Assembly (NCBI GenBank): GCA_963663475.2
Contig: CAXXJV010000001.1
Span: 2,816,001 to 2,880,000, forward strand
DNA length: 64,000 nucleotides
Origin: Candidatus Cloacimonadales bacterium
Lineage (GTDB): Bacteria > Cloacimonadota > Cloacimonadia > Cloacimonadales > JAFGVF01
Reading direction: 5' to 3'
Shown here piece after piece: positions 48,607 through 56,406 of this stretch. The position numbers and the translations under genes are program-made. The notes beneath the pieces were generated by a model. It worked only from the letters and a program-made list of their open reading frames with translations, was not told the origin of the DNA and made no database searches. The first letter of the stretch is position 1, and each line of letters starts with the position of its first letter.

Positions 48607-49569
48607 TTATTTTTGGCTTATATTGATTTTACGTAATAATGATTTTCTTTTAATTTCTTCTTGAATTTTACTAGTATAGTCTTCTGCTGCATCATAACCA
48701 TAATTTTTAAGTATGAAGTTCATAGCTGCAACTTCAACTATTACAGATACATTTTTACCTGGAGAAACAGGAAGATAAATTATTGGAATATTAACACCTA
48801 AATGTTCTACAAAATTATTTATTAAACCTATTCTTTCATAATCCATATTTTCTCGCCATGGCATTAGCTCTATCTGCATATCAATCTTAAGGTTCTGTCT
48901 AACTCTCTGTATCCCAAACATTCTTTCAACATTTACCAGTCCAACTCCCCTTATCTCCATGAAATGACCAAAATCTTTTGCTGGATAACCCCAAAGATCA
49001 TCATCTATTACAGTAATTTTTACAGTATCATCGGAAACTAAACTGTGACCTCTGTGGACTAAATCTAAGGCACACTCACTCTTACCAATACCGCTCTTAC
49101 CTGTTAGCATTATACCTATTCCATAAACTTCAATTAAAGTTGCATGAATAGTCATCTCAGGAGCGAATAATTTATCCAGATACTTGGATAAAGCATGATA
49201 AAAATTGATTGTTGACAGACGAGTTGAGAAGACTGTTATATTCATTTCATTAGCTAAATATTCCACAATGTAAGGTAGGGTTAAGCCTTTAGTAACAATT
49301 AAGCAAGGGATTCTATATGTAAACATATTCTTTACCCTGTCATATATTTCATCTTCTGAGAGAGATTGTAGGTATCTAATCTCAGTTTCTCCAAGCACTT
49401 GAATCCTATCTGCAGAGAACCTGTTGAGAAATCCAGCTAAAGCAAGACCAGGTCTGTTTATGTGAGGTGAAGTTATACTATTATTTAGGGATTTTTCATC
49501 AGTAATCAGACTTAAAGCAAATCTGTTTTTATTGAGTTCAAAAAAATCTTTTAATGTTATCTCTTTCAT
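48607..49569 (-). CDS. hprK: HPr kinase/phosphorylase
   Basis: RPGLALAG, GKSGIGKSECALDL..RGH.LV.DD, EIRG.G. Confidence 0.95.
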   Translation of the reverse strand: MKEITLKDFFELNKNRFALSLITDEKSLNNSITSPHINRPGLALAGFLNRFSADRIQVLGETEIRYLQSLSEDEIYDRVKNMFTYRIPCLIVTKGLTLPYIVEYLANEMNITVFSTRLSTINFYHALSKYLDKLFAPEMTIHATLIEVYGIGIMLTGKSGIGKSECALDLVHRGHSLVSDDTVKITVIDDDLWGYPAKDFGHFMEIRGVGLVNVERMFGIQRVRQNLKIDMQIELMPWRENMDYERIGLINNFVEHLGVNIPIIYLPVSPGKNVSVIVEVAAMNFILKNYGYDAAEDYTSKIQEEIKRKSLLRKINISQK

Positions 49570-49590
49570 TAGCCTAGTTCCGTTGTTAAT

Positions 49591-49626
49591 GAGGGTGTAC
49601 TAATTTAAAAAGAAAAGTACACCCTC
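49591..49626. terminator. Hairpin between hpf and hprK
   Basis: GAGGGTGTACT/AGTACACCCTC 11-bp stem. Confidence 0.55.
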
Positions 49627-49638
49627 TTAAGTTAAAGA

Positions 49639-50178
49639 TTATGGTTGTAAAAGTTTAAAATGAGTATCATCTTTTTTAACTAAAACATTGATTCTATCAG
49701 TCTCAACATTTTTAAAGATATAATACTCTTTCTTTTGGGCTTCAAATTCTTGTAACGCTTCATCAACTGTAAGAGTATCAGGAACAACTCTCTTAGTTTT
49801 CACTAATTTATGATTCTCTTCAGCCTCGCCTTTTTTATAAAGAGCTGCGCGAGAGAAGTATGGATCAAAGTTATCTTTCAATCCTTTTTTGTGATGATCA
49901 GTTACTTTATCTTTAAGTTTCTTGATTTGGGCTTCCATCTTTTCAATTGTGTCATCAATAGCAATATACATGTCCATAGCTTCGCTATTACTTTGCAATG
50001 TAAACTTAGAAGCATGCAAAACAATTTCGCATTGGTTCCTACTAGACTCTACCGCAAGGGTAACATGAATGGTGATAATATGATCAAAATATCTTTTAAG
50101 TTTGATCAAACTTTCTTCAACATAGTCTCTGATTGCATTAGTTAATTCGAAATGGCGAGCAGTTATTGTAATATGCAT
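49639..50178 (-). CDS. hpf: Ribosome hibernation promoting factor (long HPF/RaiA)
   Basis: ITARHFELT.AIRDY, DMY.AID, C-terminal sigma54-modulation domain. Confidence 0.93.
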   Translation of the reverse strand: MHITITARHFELTNAIRDYVEESLIKLKRYFDHIITIHVTLAVESSRNQCEIVLHASKFTLQSNSEAMDMYIAIDDTIEKMEAQIKKLKDKVTDHHKKGLKDNFDPYFSRAALYKKGEAEENHKLVKTKRVVPDTLTVDEALQEFEAQKKEYYIFKNVETDRINVLVKKDDTHFKLLQP

Positions 50179-50186
50179 AAAGCCTC

Positions 50187-51062
50187 CTACTTTGTTATAT
50201 ATTGTTGTATTCTTTCAGCATGGTAAGAGCTTCTTACTAAAGGACCAGATTCAACAAAAATGAATCCCAGCTCTTCTCCATATTTTCTATAATTTTCAAA
50301 AATATCTGGGTGAACATATTCTTTAACAGGTATATGGTCTCGACTTGGTTGGAGATACTGTCCGATAGTTACAACTTGGACATTATGGTCATATAGGTCA
50401 TGGAGAAGTTGTTTTACCTCTTCTTGTGTCTCACCTAAGCCTACCATAAAACCACTTTTAGTAATTATCTCAGGATTAATTTCTTTAACCTTTTTGAGTA
50501 GTTCCAGAGACCTATGATAGTTAGCCATGGGTCTAACCTCTGGATATAACCTTTGAATTGTTTCAACATTATGGTTCAAGACAGTTGGTTTAGCTTCAAT
50601 AATAGTTTGAAGAGCTGGCCAATTGCCTTCTAAATCAGATATAAGTGTTTCAGTTGTCACTTGAGGAGAGCATATATCATGGATAGCATTAAGAACTTTA
50701 ACAAATTGTGATGCTCCTCCATCAGGTAAATCGTCTCTAGTCACTGTAGTAACAACTATATGTTTTAGTTTCATTTCTTTAGATAACTCTGCAATGTGGA
50801 TTGGTTCTAAAGGATCAGGAGCAAGCAATGAGCTTGTTTTATCAACTGCACAGAATCGGCAGTTTCTAGTACATACTTCACCTAAAATCATAAAAGTAGC
50901 AGTACCTCTATTAAAGCATTCACCTTGATTTGGGCATCTAGCAGAATTGCATACTGTATGTAGATTGAATTTTGACAAGTATTGTCTTACTATGTTTGCT
51001 TGTTCATTGCCTAATCTATTAGCTTTCAACCACTCAGGCTTTCTAAGTTTATTCATCGACAT
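50187..51062 (-). CDS. lipA: Lipoyl synthase
   Basis: TVC..A.CPN..EC, CTRNCRFC, HNVET, GQYLQP, RSSYHA. Confidence 0.96.
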   Translation of the reverse strand: MSMNKLRKPEWLKANRLGNEQANIVRQYLSKFNLHTVCNSARCPNQGECFNRGTATFMILGEVCTRNCRFCAVDKTSSLLAPDPLEPIHIAELSKEMKLKHIVVTTVTRDDLPDGGASQFVKVLNAIHDICSPQVTTETLISDLEGNWPALQTIIEAKPTVLNHNVETIQRLYPEVRPMANYHRSLELLKKVKEINPEIITKSGFMVGLGETQEEVKQLLHDLYDHNVQVVTIGQYLQPSRDHIPVKEYVHPDIFENYRKYGEELGFIFVESGPLVRSSYHAERIQQYITK

Positions 51063-51093
51063 TACCAACCTCTAATTTATATTTATATTATAA

Positions 51094-52491
51094 TCAAATT
51101 TTATGAACTGACAAAGAAATTGTGTCTTCAATTGATTCCATAACAATTTCTGATAAAGTAGGATGGGCAAAGACTATTTTCTCAAGATCATGAACGCTAG
51201 CATCTTTACCTATCAAAATGCCAGCTTGAGCAATCAATTCTGATGCCTGTAAGCCAACAATATGCATACCAAGAATTTTTTTAGTTTTGGCATCAGCAAT
51301 AGTTTTAGCAAAGCCAAAGGTATTACCCATTCCCATTGCTTTTCCACTAGCAGTATAAGGGAACTTACCTACAAGAATATCACCATAGCTTTCTTTAGCT
51401 TCTTCCTCAGTAAGGCCAACAGAAGCTACCTCTGGGTTTGTGAAAGTACAACGAGGTACATTTACGTAATTTATAGCCTGGATATCATGGGGATTATCTT
51501 CTAATTCACTCTTGATTAGTTCTGCAACCAAAAGTCCTTGTTTTGATGCAGTATGAGCAAGAAGTTGTTTACCATTAAGGTCACCAATAGCATAGAGGTT
51601 ATCTACCCCAGTTCTCATATATTCATCCACGACAATAGATCCCTTATTTCTTTCAAGCTGGATATTAGTAAAATCGATATCACAGGCAGGTGATCTACCA
51701 ATACTAACTAATACTTTTTCAGCTTCCAGTGTTTTATCATCAGAAAGAATCAATTTAATACCATTATCAGTTTCTTCATAATCCTTAACGCCCTTCTTAA
51801 GAATAAGTTTCATTTTATTTCTTTTGAAAGCCATAGCCACTCTTTTTGATATTTCTTCATCTTCCCCAGCTAATAATCTAGGAAGAAATTCAACGATAGT
51901 AACTTGTGTACCAAGTTGCTGGAAGATAGAGGCGAATTCGCATCCAATTACTCCACCTCCGACAACAGCAAGAGATTTAGGTAATTCTTCTAGTTGTAGG
52001 ATATCTTTTGAGCTAAGAATTTTTTTATGGTCAAACTTCATGAAAGGGAGTTCAGTAGGTTTAGAACCAGTTGCTAAGATAACAAAGTCAGCACTCACCT
52101 CTTCTTCTTGGCTAGTAATGTAGAATTTATCATCTGATTTAGAAATTTTAGTTACTAGAGAATTAATAAGAGGTAGTTTTTGTTTCTTGAACATAAATTC
52201 AATTCCGCTCACTAGTTTTTCTACTACTTCATCTTTTCTTTTGTATATTTGAGAAAAGTCAATTTCTGGATTCTCTAAGTTAATACCAAATTCTTTTGCT
52301 TCCTTTATTTCGCTAAAGAGTTCAGCAGTTTTAACTAGTGTTTTAGTAGGAATACAGCCCCAGTTAAGACACACACCCCCAAGTCTTTCTTTTTCAAAAA
52401 CAATGGTTTCTATATTATATTGATTTAATCTTAAGGCAGTTACATAGCCTCCTGGGCCACCACCAATAATAGCTACTTTAAAGTGTTTCAT
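51094..52491 (-). CDS. lpdA: Dihydrolipoyl dehydrogenase
   Basis: GGGPGGY, GGVCLNWGCIPTK, GGGVIGCEFA, AHPTLSE. Confidence 0.95.
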   Translation of the reverse strand: MKHFKVAIIGGGPGGYVTALRLNQYNIETIVFEKERLGGVCLNWGCIPTKTLVKTAELFSEIKEAKEFGINLENPEIDFSQIYKRKDEVVEKLVSGIEFMFKKQKLPLINSLVTKISKSDDKFYITSQEEEVSADFVILATGSKPTELPFMKFDHKKILSSKDILQLEELPKSLAVVGGGVIGCEFASIFQQLGTQVTIVEFLPRLLAGEDEEISKRVAMAFKRNKMKLILKKGVKDYEETDNGIKLILSDDKTLEAEKVLVSIGRSPACDIDFTNIQLERNKGSIVVDEYMRTGVDNLYAIGDLNGKQLLAHTASKQGLLVAELIKSELEDNPHDIQAINYVNVPRCTFTNPEVASVGLTEEEAKESYGDILVGKFPYTASGKAMGMGNTFGFAKTIADAKTKKILGMHIVGLQASELIAQAGILIGKDASVHDLEKIVFAHPTLSEIVMESIEDTISLSVHKI

Positions 52492-53951
52492 TAGTTTCTC
52501 CTCAATCTACTATTTAAAATATTTAATTCATCACGATATTTAGCAACAATTCTTCTTGAGACATTTAATCCATCATTTTTAAGCATTTTTACAATATCTT
52601 GGTCAGTTAATGGTTTCTTTTTATCTTCAGCATCAACGTATTTTTGAATGAATGTTTTAACTTTCTGTCTGGAAATAGATTCAAAATTATTGTCAAGTCC
52701 AGCTGTTGAAGTGAAGAATTTTTTAAGAGGGTAAATACCGAAAGGAGTATCTGCGTATTTGTCCTTTACGACTCTAGAAATTGTTGATTCACTAACTCCG
52801 ATATCTTCAGCTATCGAAGAATAGTTAAGCGGCAATAGAACTCCTGATTGGTTATAGAAGAAGTCATATTGATGTTTGATAATGGATGTCATAACTCTTT
52901 CTAAAGTTCTAACCCTCATATACATTGATTTAATTAAAAACTTAGCTGAATTTATCTTATCTCTCACATAGTGGACAGTTTCTTTATCTACACTTGCCGA
53001 GTTGATTAGTTTCCTGTACCTGGAATTTATTACTAGGTTAGGTGAATAAGAGTCATTAACTATAACTTGAAATTCATCGCCAATTTCTCTGACAATTACA
53101 TCAGGTGTTATATATTTATCATTACTTACAACTAATCTAAGGCCTGGTTTAGGGTCAAGTTTAGAGATTTGATCTCTTAAGAAAGTAATATATTCTAGGG
53201 ATACTTGATATTTAGCAGCTAGTTTTTGATAGCGTCTATGAATTAGGTCTTCGAAATCTTCTTGTAAGATAGCAATTAATATTTTATTACTTTTCTGATC
53301 TTCATCTAGTTGGGAAATGAGGCATTGAGCCATGTTACAGGCAGTTAATCCTTTAGGGTCTAATGACATTATAATTTGATGAATTTCTTCAGCTCTAGTG
53401 AGTGGGATATCATATATCTCAGCTACTTCTTTGATAAAATCACTATCTCTAATAAAGCCATATTGGTCAACAGAATCTATCAAATATGTTGCAAAATCAT
53501 ATTCATCTTCAGTCATAGGGAAAGAATAAAGTTGCAAGAGATAGTCAGCCATTTTATCTTCTGGAGCCTTAAGATATTTTTCATATAAAGGTCCTTCATC
53601 ATCATCTTTATTGTATGAATAGTCCTTATTATGATTAGTCATTTGATGAAATTCATTCCAAGAATCAAGAATCTCTGTCAATTCCTGAGCTTCTTCTAAG
53701 GTTTTAGAAACCTCATCATTTTCTTCACCAATTTCCTTTTCTTCACTAACTTCTTCATCTCTGATAATATCATCATCACTGTTTGAGTCATCGATATCTC
53801 TCATTTCAAGTAAGGGATTTTTCATTATTTCTTGTTTGAGATGAAGCTCTAGTTCCATCAATGGCAATGTTAGCATCTGCAAAGATTGTAGCATCTTTGG
53901 TTTAAGCGCTAACTCTTGTTTCTGTTTTATCGTTAAAATTTGGTCTAACAT
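52491..53951 (-). CDS. rpoN: RNA polymerase sigma-54 factor
   Basis: Gln/Leu-rich region I, ESTISR HTH, RpoN box SRRIVAKYR. Confidence 0.95.
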   Translation of the reverse strand: MLDQILTIKQKQELALKPKMLQSLQMLTLPLMELELHLKQEIMKNPLLEMRDIDDSNSDDDIIRDEEVSEEKEIGEENDEVSKTLEEAQELTEILDSWNEFHQMTNHNKDYSYNKDDDEGPLYEKYLKAPEDKMADYLLQLYSFPMTEDEYDFATYLIDSVDQYGFIRDSDFIKEVAEIYDIPLTRAEEIHQIIMSLDPKGLTACNMAQCLISQLDEDQKSNKILIAILQEDFEDLIHRRYQKLAAKYQVSLEYITFLRDQISKLDPKPGLRLVVSNDKYITPDVIVREIGDEFQVIVNDSYSPNLVINSRYRKLINSASVDKETVHYVRDKINSAKFLIKSMYMRVRTLERVMTSIIKHQYDFFYNQSGVLLPLNYSSIAEDIGVSESTISRVVKDKYADTPFGIYPLKKFFTSTAGLDNNFESISRQKVKTFIQKYVDAEDKKKPLTDQDIVKMLKNDGLNVSRRIVAKYRDELNILNSRLRRN

Positions 53952-53954
53952 TAT

Positions 53955-54704
53955 TTATTTTACCACTGTATTGCTTTGAAATCTATCACCTAAATAGAGT
54001 TCTCTAGCTTTAGGATTATTAATTAATTCTTCAGATGTACCAGTAACCATTATTTGTCCTTCAAAAGTGATATAAGCTCTATCAACAATTTTAAGTGTTT
54101 CGGTAACATTATGGTCTGTTATCATTATCCCAATATTTTTAGCTTTCAGCTTAAGGATAATGTCTTGAATATCATTGATTGAGATTGGATCAACTCCTGC
54201 AAAGGGTTCATCCATAAAGAGGAAGGAGGGATTGGTTACCAGGGAACGAGTTATCTCTAATTTTCTGCGTTCTCCACCAGATAAGGTATAAGCTTTTTGC
54301 TTAGCTACTTTCGTTAGGTTTAACTCAGCTAGGTAATCATCTAGCATTTTCTTTCTATCTTTCTTAGCCACATCAACAGTTTCCAAAATTGCTAAAATAT
54401 TCTGTTCAACAGTTAATTTATGAAAGATTGAAGGAGCTTGAGCTAGATAACCGATGCCTAATTGGGCTCTTTTATACATGGGTTTGTGAGTAATATCAGT
54501 ATCATTGAAAAGGACTTTGCCTTTATTTGGTTTTGTTAAGCCCAAGATCATGTAAAAGGTCGTAGTTTTTCCCGCACCATTAGGGCCTAGAATACCAACG
54601 ACTTCTCCTTGAGAGATATTCAAACTCAAGTCATTGACTACTCTTCGCTTACCGTATATTTTAACTAAGTTTTTAGCTTCTATGTGATTTTTTGTTTTGT
54701 CCAT
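53955..54704 (-). CDS. lptB: LPS export ABC transporter ATP-binding protein
   Basis: GPNGAGKTTTFYMI.G, LSGGERRKLEI, DEPFAGVDP, ITDHNV.ETL; position upstream of rpoN. Confidence 0.95.
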   Translation of the reverse strand: MDKTKNHIEAKNLVKIYGKRRVVNDLSLNISQGEVVGILGPNGAGKTTTFYMILGLTKPNKGKVLFNDTDITHKPMYKRAQLGIGYLAQAPSIFHKLTVEQNILAILETVDVAKKDRKKMLDDYLAELNLTKVAKQKAYTLSGGERRKLEITRSLVTNPSFLFMDEPFAGVDPISINDIQDIILKLKAKNIGIMITDHNVTETLKIVDRAYITFEGQIMVTGTSEELINNPKARELYLGDRFQSNTVVK

Positions 54705-54710
54705 ATACAT

Positions 54711-54739
54711 AAAATAATGACTTTAAGCTTACTTGTCAA
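54711..54739 (-). promoter_or_regulatory. Sigma70-type promoter of the lptB-rpoN operon
   Basis: TTGACA-N17-TATTTT on the minus strand. Confidence 0.55.
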
Positions 54740-54963
54740 GTAATTTAAGCAATTTTTTTTCCAAAAATAGAAAAAAGTTTTTTTAATTTTTTATAAGTGC
54801 TAAAATAGCATGAAAATAAAGCTCAATTTTAGGTCTATTAGAAAGCCTGTTATCCCTTTTAAAGGTCTAATTAGCCTCTATTAGCAATCATATGGCACTG
54901 GTTCTTCTAGTCTCAAGAAAAGCAATAATATAAAATTAATCAGGTTAGCAACTAGATAAATAA

Positions 54964-54992
54964 GGTTCAAGTTCAAGTCTGGTAGAAGAAAA
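54964..54992 (+). repeat. Family B left end
   Basis: GGTTCAAGTTCAAGTCTGGTAGAAGAAAA matches the B TIR. Confidence 0.65.
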
Positions 54993-55000
54993 TTGTTAAA

Positions 55001-55190
55001 CCGAATGGTGCGGTAGAACTTTTGTAATACTTCGCTAAAGCTACTCATCACAGGTGAAGAGTGCAGATTATTCTTGCAAAATAGCTTACAGAATTTTGAC
55101 GCATATAATATATATATTCGGAGAAATTATGGATCTTACTGTTGCAGAATAATATAGTGCTATTCCCAAAAGCCTAGTCCATTATTTGGG
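55001..55190 (+). mobile_element. Family A element with the 30-bp internal module (190 bp)
   Basis: CCGAATGGTGC...CCATTATTTGGG; module at about 55024-55054; flanks do not match (TTAAA/ATTAT). Confidence 0.85.
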
Positions 55191-55280
55191 ATTATTGTAG
55201 TAGCCACTCTACTCAAAAGATATCCAAAAAGAATATTCCTCTCATTTTGTCATATTTTAAGTAAACATCCTTATTCCTTC

Positions 55281-55329
55281 CTTTACACTCTTTCGATGAA
55301 AATCCCACTTTCATCGAAAGAGTGTAAAG
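55281..55329. repeat. Perfect 21-bp inverted repeat with a 7-nt loop
   Basis: CTTTACACTCTTTCGATGAAA-ATCCCAC-TTTCATCGAAAGAGTGTAAAG. Confidence 0.9.
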
Positions 55330-55531
55330 AATGAAATAAGTATCCTCTAATCTATTTAGACAATTTTAATATTTTTTTCAAAAAATGGACCACTTTTGAA
55401 AAAATGGACTCTTAAATATTATGAGGGATTGTTAAATCCAATAATGCAGGAGAGCTTTGTGGTTAGCTCAATTTCTTGGGCAATATCTGGATTGTAATTT
55501 CAGCAAAATTTAAGAAAATGAGGATAAAGCA

Positions 55532-56041
55532 ATGGTTGTTATAGAATTCAAATTACCTCACGGGTTAAAAGCTAAAGTTAGAAGAGATGGCTATTCTATC
55601 GTAAAATATTCCAATCAACCAGCCTATCGCCTCCGTAAAAAAAATTCTCCTAAGATAGGTAAAAATCATCATAAGTTCGGGAATATAATGCAAGAGCTAA
55701 AAATAGCTTATAGAAATCTTAGTAATCGTGATAAACAAGCTCTAAGAGAAAGAAAAAAAAGTGAGAGAAATACTAAATCTGACTGGATTCAATTTATCAG
55801 AGAATATTATAGAAAGGCTAACCAGCTTGTTCTTAAAGAAAAAAGAAAAGTAGAAAATGAAGACAATCACTTAAGATTAAACCAAGCTAAAGCAAAAGTA
55901 GAAAATGAAGACAATCACTTAAGAACAAACCAAGCTAAAAGAAAGAATCAAGAGAAAAATAGTAAGAATATAGGTTTATTGAAAAACTTGATTAAAGTTT
56001 TTCAGAATACTAGCCAGATTTTGTATAAAAAAAAGGAATAA
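55532..56041 (+). CDS. Hypothetical very basic protein with an internal 16-aa (48-bp) tandem duplication
   Basis: AGGA SD, 169 aa, K/R-rich; KVENEDNHLRxNQAK twice (55846, 55894). Confidence 0.65.
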   Translation: MVVIEFKLPHGLKAKVRRDGYSIVKYSNQPAYRLRKKNSPKIGKNHHKFGNIMQELKIAYRNLSNRDKQALRERKKSERNTKSDWIQFIREYYRKANQLVLKEKRKVENEDNHLRLNQAKAKVENEDNHLRTNQAKRKNQEKNSKNIGLLKNLIKVFQNTSQILYKKKE

Positions 56042-56095
56042 TAATAAATATTATTAATTCGAGTGTTGATAAAGTCACTCAATATAGTATTTTAA

Positions 56096-56333
56096 CCCGA
56101 ATGGTGCATTAGAGCTTTGGTAATACTTCGCTAAAGCTACGTATCATAGGTGAAGAGTGCAAAATCTTTTAGCAAAATAGTTTACATAATTTTGACGCAT
56201 ATATTTTACATATTCGGAGAAATTATGGATCTTACTTATGCAGAAGAATATTCTGCTATTCACAAAGGTATAATCCCAGATAGTGTAGTAGAGCTTTGTG
56301 AATAGCACTATTTGGGATAATGCATCATTGGGG
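56096..56333 (+). mobile_element. Family A element with the 30-bp module and a nested mini copy
   Basis: CCCGAATGGTGC...GCATCATTGGGG, flanks TTTAA/TTGAA, followed by a family B right end (TTGAACTTGAGCC). Confidence 0.85.
56275..56316 (-). mobile_element. Family A 42-bp mini element nested in the right arm of another A copy
   Basis: CCCAGATAGTG...CACTATTTGGG with a perfect ATAAT duplication (56270-74, 56317-21). Confidence 0.8.
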
Positions 56334-56349
56334 TTGAACTTGAGCCTAG

Positions 56350-56388
56350 AAAAAAGCCCTGCTAGCATTATCCAAGCTAGCAGGGCTA
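56350..56388 (-). terminator. Intrinsic terminator after thyX
   Basis: AGCCCTGCTAGC/GCTAGCAGGGCT stem with a T-run on the minus strand. Confidence 0.75.
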
Positions 56389-56406
56389 AAGTCCTATTTT
56401 AGGAAA

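Noticed and set aside
54964-54983. tRNA fragment (GGTTCAAGT resembles a T-arm)
   Set aside because: No cloverleaf can be built; the motif is the family B terminal repeat.
55095-55125. dif site or outward promoter in the centre of family A (TTGACGCATAT...)
   Set aside because: No XerD arm (TTATGTTAAAT-like), and no -10 box at 16-18 bp from TTGACG.
56096-56107. IS982-type ACCC ends for family A
   Set aside because: The leading A belongs to the duplicated target; the nested copy reads T-CCC...GGG-A.
56144-56368. 74-aa minus-strand ORF
   Set aside because: It lies within family A/B repeats and a terminator, and the frame is not evidently kept in other copies.
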